Assembly (NCBI GenBank): GCA_026936335.1
Contig: JAPMXV010000061.1
Coordinates: 62,001 to 126,000 of the forward strand
DNA: 64,000 nt
Reading direction: 5' to 3'
From: Mantamonas sphyraenae STR306
Lineage: Eukaryota; Protista; CRuMs
Shown: positions 63,221-64,000 of the stretch, in pieces
How positions within the stretch are numbered: the stretch's first letter is position 1
How the letters are laid out: every line of letters starts with the position of its first letter
Made by a program: the position numbers and the translations under genes
Notes under the pieces: model-generated
What the model was told of the DNA's origin: nothing
Databases searched by the model: none
The model's input: the letters and a program-made list of their open reading frames with translations, nothing else

Positions 63221-63928
63221 TCACAACTTTGCCCCCCTGGGGAACGGCCCATCATACTCCTCGCCAATCAAGGCAGCGACGGTTTCCATGCGATCATGGC
63301 CAAACACTGTGGCGACCTGGGGCGTGTCCTCGTCCTTCTCTTCGCCGGGCATGACGTCTGGGGTGTGGATGACAATGAACGGAGCCCCAAAGGCACCCAG
63401 ATCGATGGCCACCTGAGTCATCTCTTTCAACGCCTCCTTCACGTGTGTTTCCGTGCTCAGGCCCAGCAGCTCGTCAGCACTGTTCTTTGAAAGGCCTGCA
63501 CTGAGCATAGCGGCTGCCAGGGACTCCTCCGTGGTGATGTCCTCGTCGCGCGACCAGATGCGTGTCCACAACTCACGTGCCAGAGGCTCCACGTCCATGG
63601 GACGAGTGAGGCGCGTGGCTGTGAGCAGGCGTTCGGCCTTGAGGGTGCCCTGCATCACAGAGGCAAAATCTTCGGGCTGCTTCAGCGGCACGTCGTACAG
63701 CATGGCCAGGCGTTCAACATCCCGACTCATGTAAACCCCTTTGGCCGGGTTGTATGCCGGAGGCCGGTTGTTGGACGCCTTCATGATGCCGCCGAGAAAG
63801 ATGGGCTGCAGCTCAAGCGAAATCGCCCACTGCGATCGGTAGCGGCACAGGGTTTCAAAGGCCAGCCAGCTGTATGGTGACACAACGTCAAAGAAGAGTT
63901 GGATGACGGTTGGTGATTTCTGGCTCAT
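63221..63928 (-). CDS. GSTK1: Glutathione S-transferase kappa (DsbA fold) with PTS1
   Basis: IQLFFDVVSPYSWLAFETLCRY, LGGIMKASNNRPP..PAKG.YM, GAFGAP, FG.DRME; C-terminal AKL. Confidence 0.93.
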   Translation of the reverse strand: MSQKSPTVIQLFFDVVSPYSWLAFETLCRYRSQWAISLELQPIFLGGIMKASNNRPPAYNPAKGVYMSRDVERLAMLYDVPLKQPEDFASVMQGTLKAERLLTATRLTRPMDVEPLARELWTRIWSRDEDITTEESLAAAMLSAGLSKNSADELLGLSTETHVKEALKEMTQVAIDLGAFGAPFIVIHTPDVMPGEEKDEDTPQVATVFGHDRMETVAALIGEEYDGPFPRGAKL

Positions 63929-64000
63929 GATGGGGAAGGAGTTGGCACGGGTGGCGCTGTCGTAGGCAACTCATTGGCAACACAAGACCCACCTGCTGCC

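Overview
Extremely gene-dense, GC-rich eukaryotic DNA with short spliceosomal introns and intergenic gaps often under 100 bp. It is most likely from a flagellated protist (CEP78, AP-4 epsilon, a mitochondrion-targeted gamma-carbonic anhydrase); the exact lineage cannot be fixed from this window. About 30 protein-coding genes can be modelled, including: a giant secreted adhesin (LamG-EGF-PSI head plus at least ~30 bacterial-style VNDAP cadherin-like repeats, running off the left edge), an SLC35 transporter, two paralogous CxxC peroxiredoxin-like proteins with Cys-rich tails, UBLCP1, TTI2, gamma-CA, USP5/13 with four UBA-like domains, Rab11, RPB7, a neurobeachin-like protein lacking BEACH, CEP78, an ACT-like/TDP2-like fusion, AP4E1, taxilin, MED28-like, RPE, EEF2KMT, UMP-CMP kinase, a tandem-Ubl protein, an RCC1 protein ending in a dynein-stalk MTBD-like domain, RPS2 and GST kappa. 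About ten single-base frameshifts break otherwise intact genes and are best explained as long-read indel errors. The most notable signals are the RCC1 + motor-less dynein MTBD fusion, the chimeric giant adhesin, an oscillating G/C strand skew that ignores gene orientation, and several unusual domain architectures. All identifications were made by eye from motifs, with no database searches.
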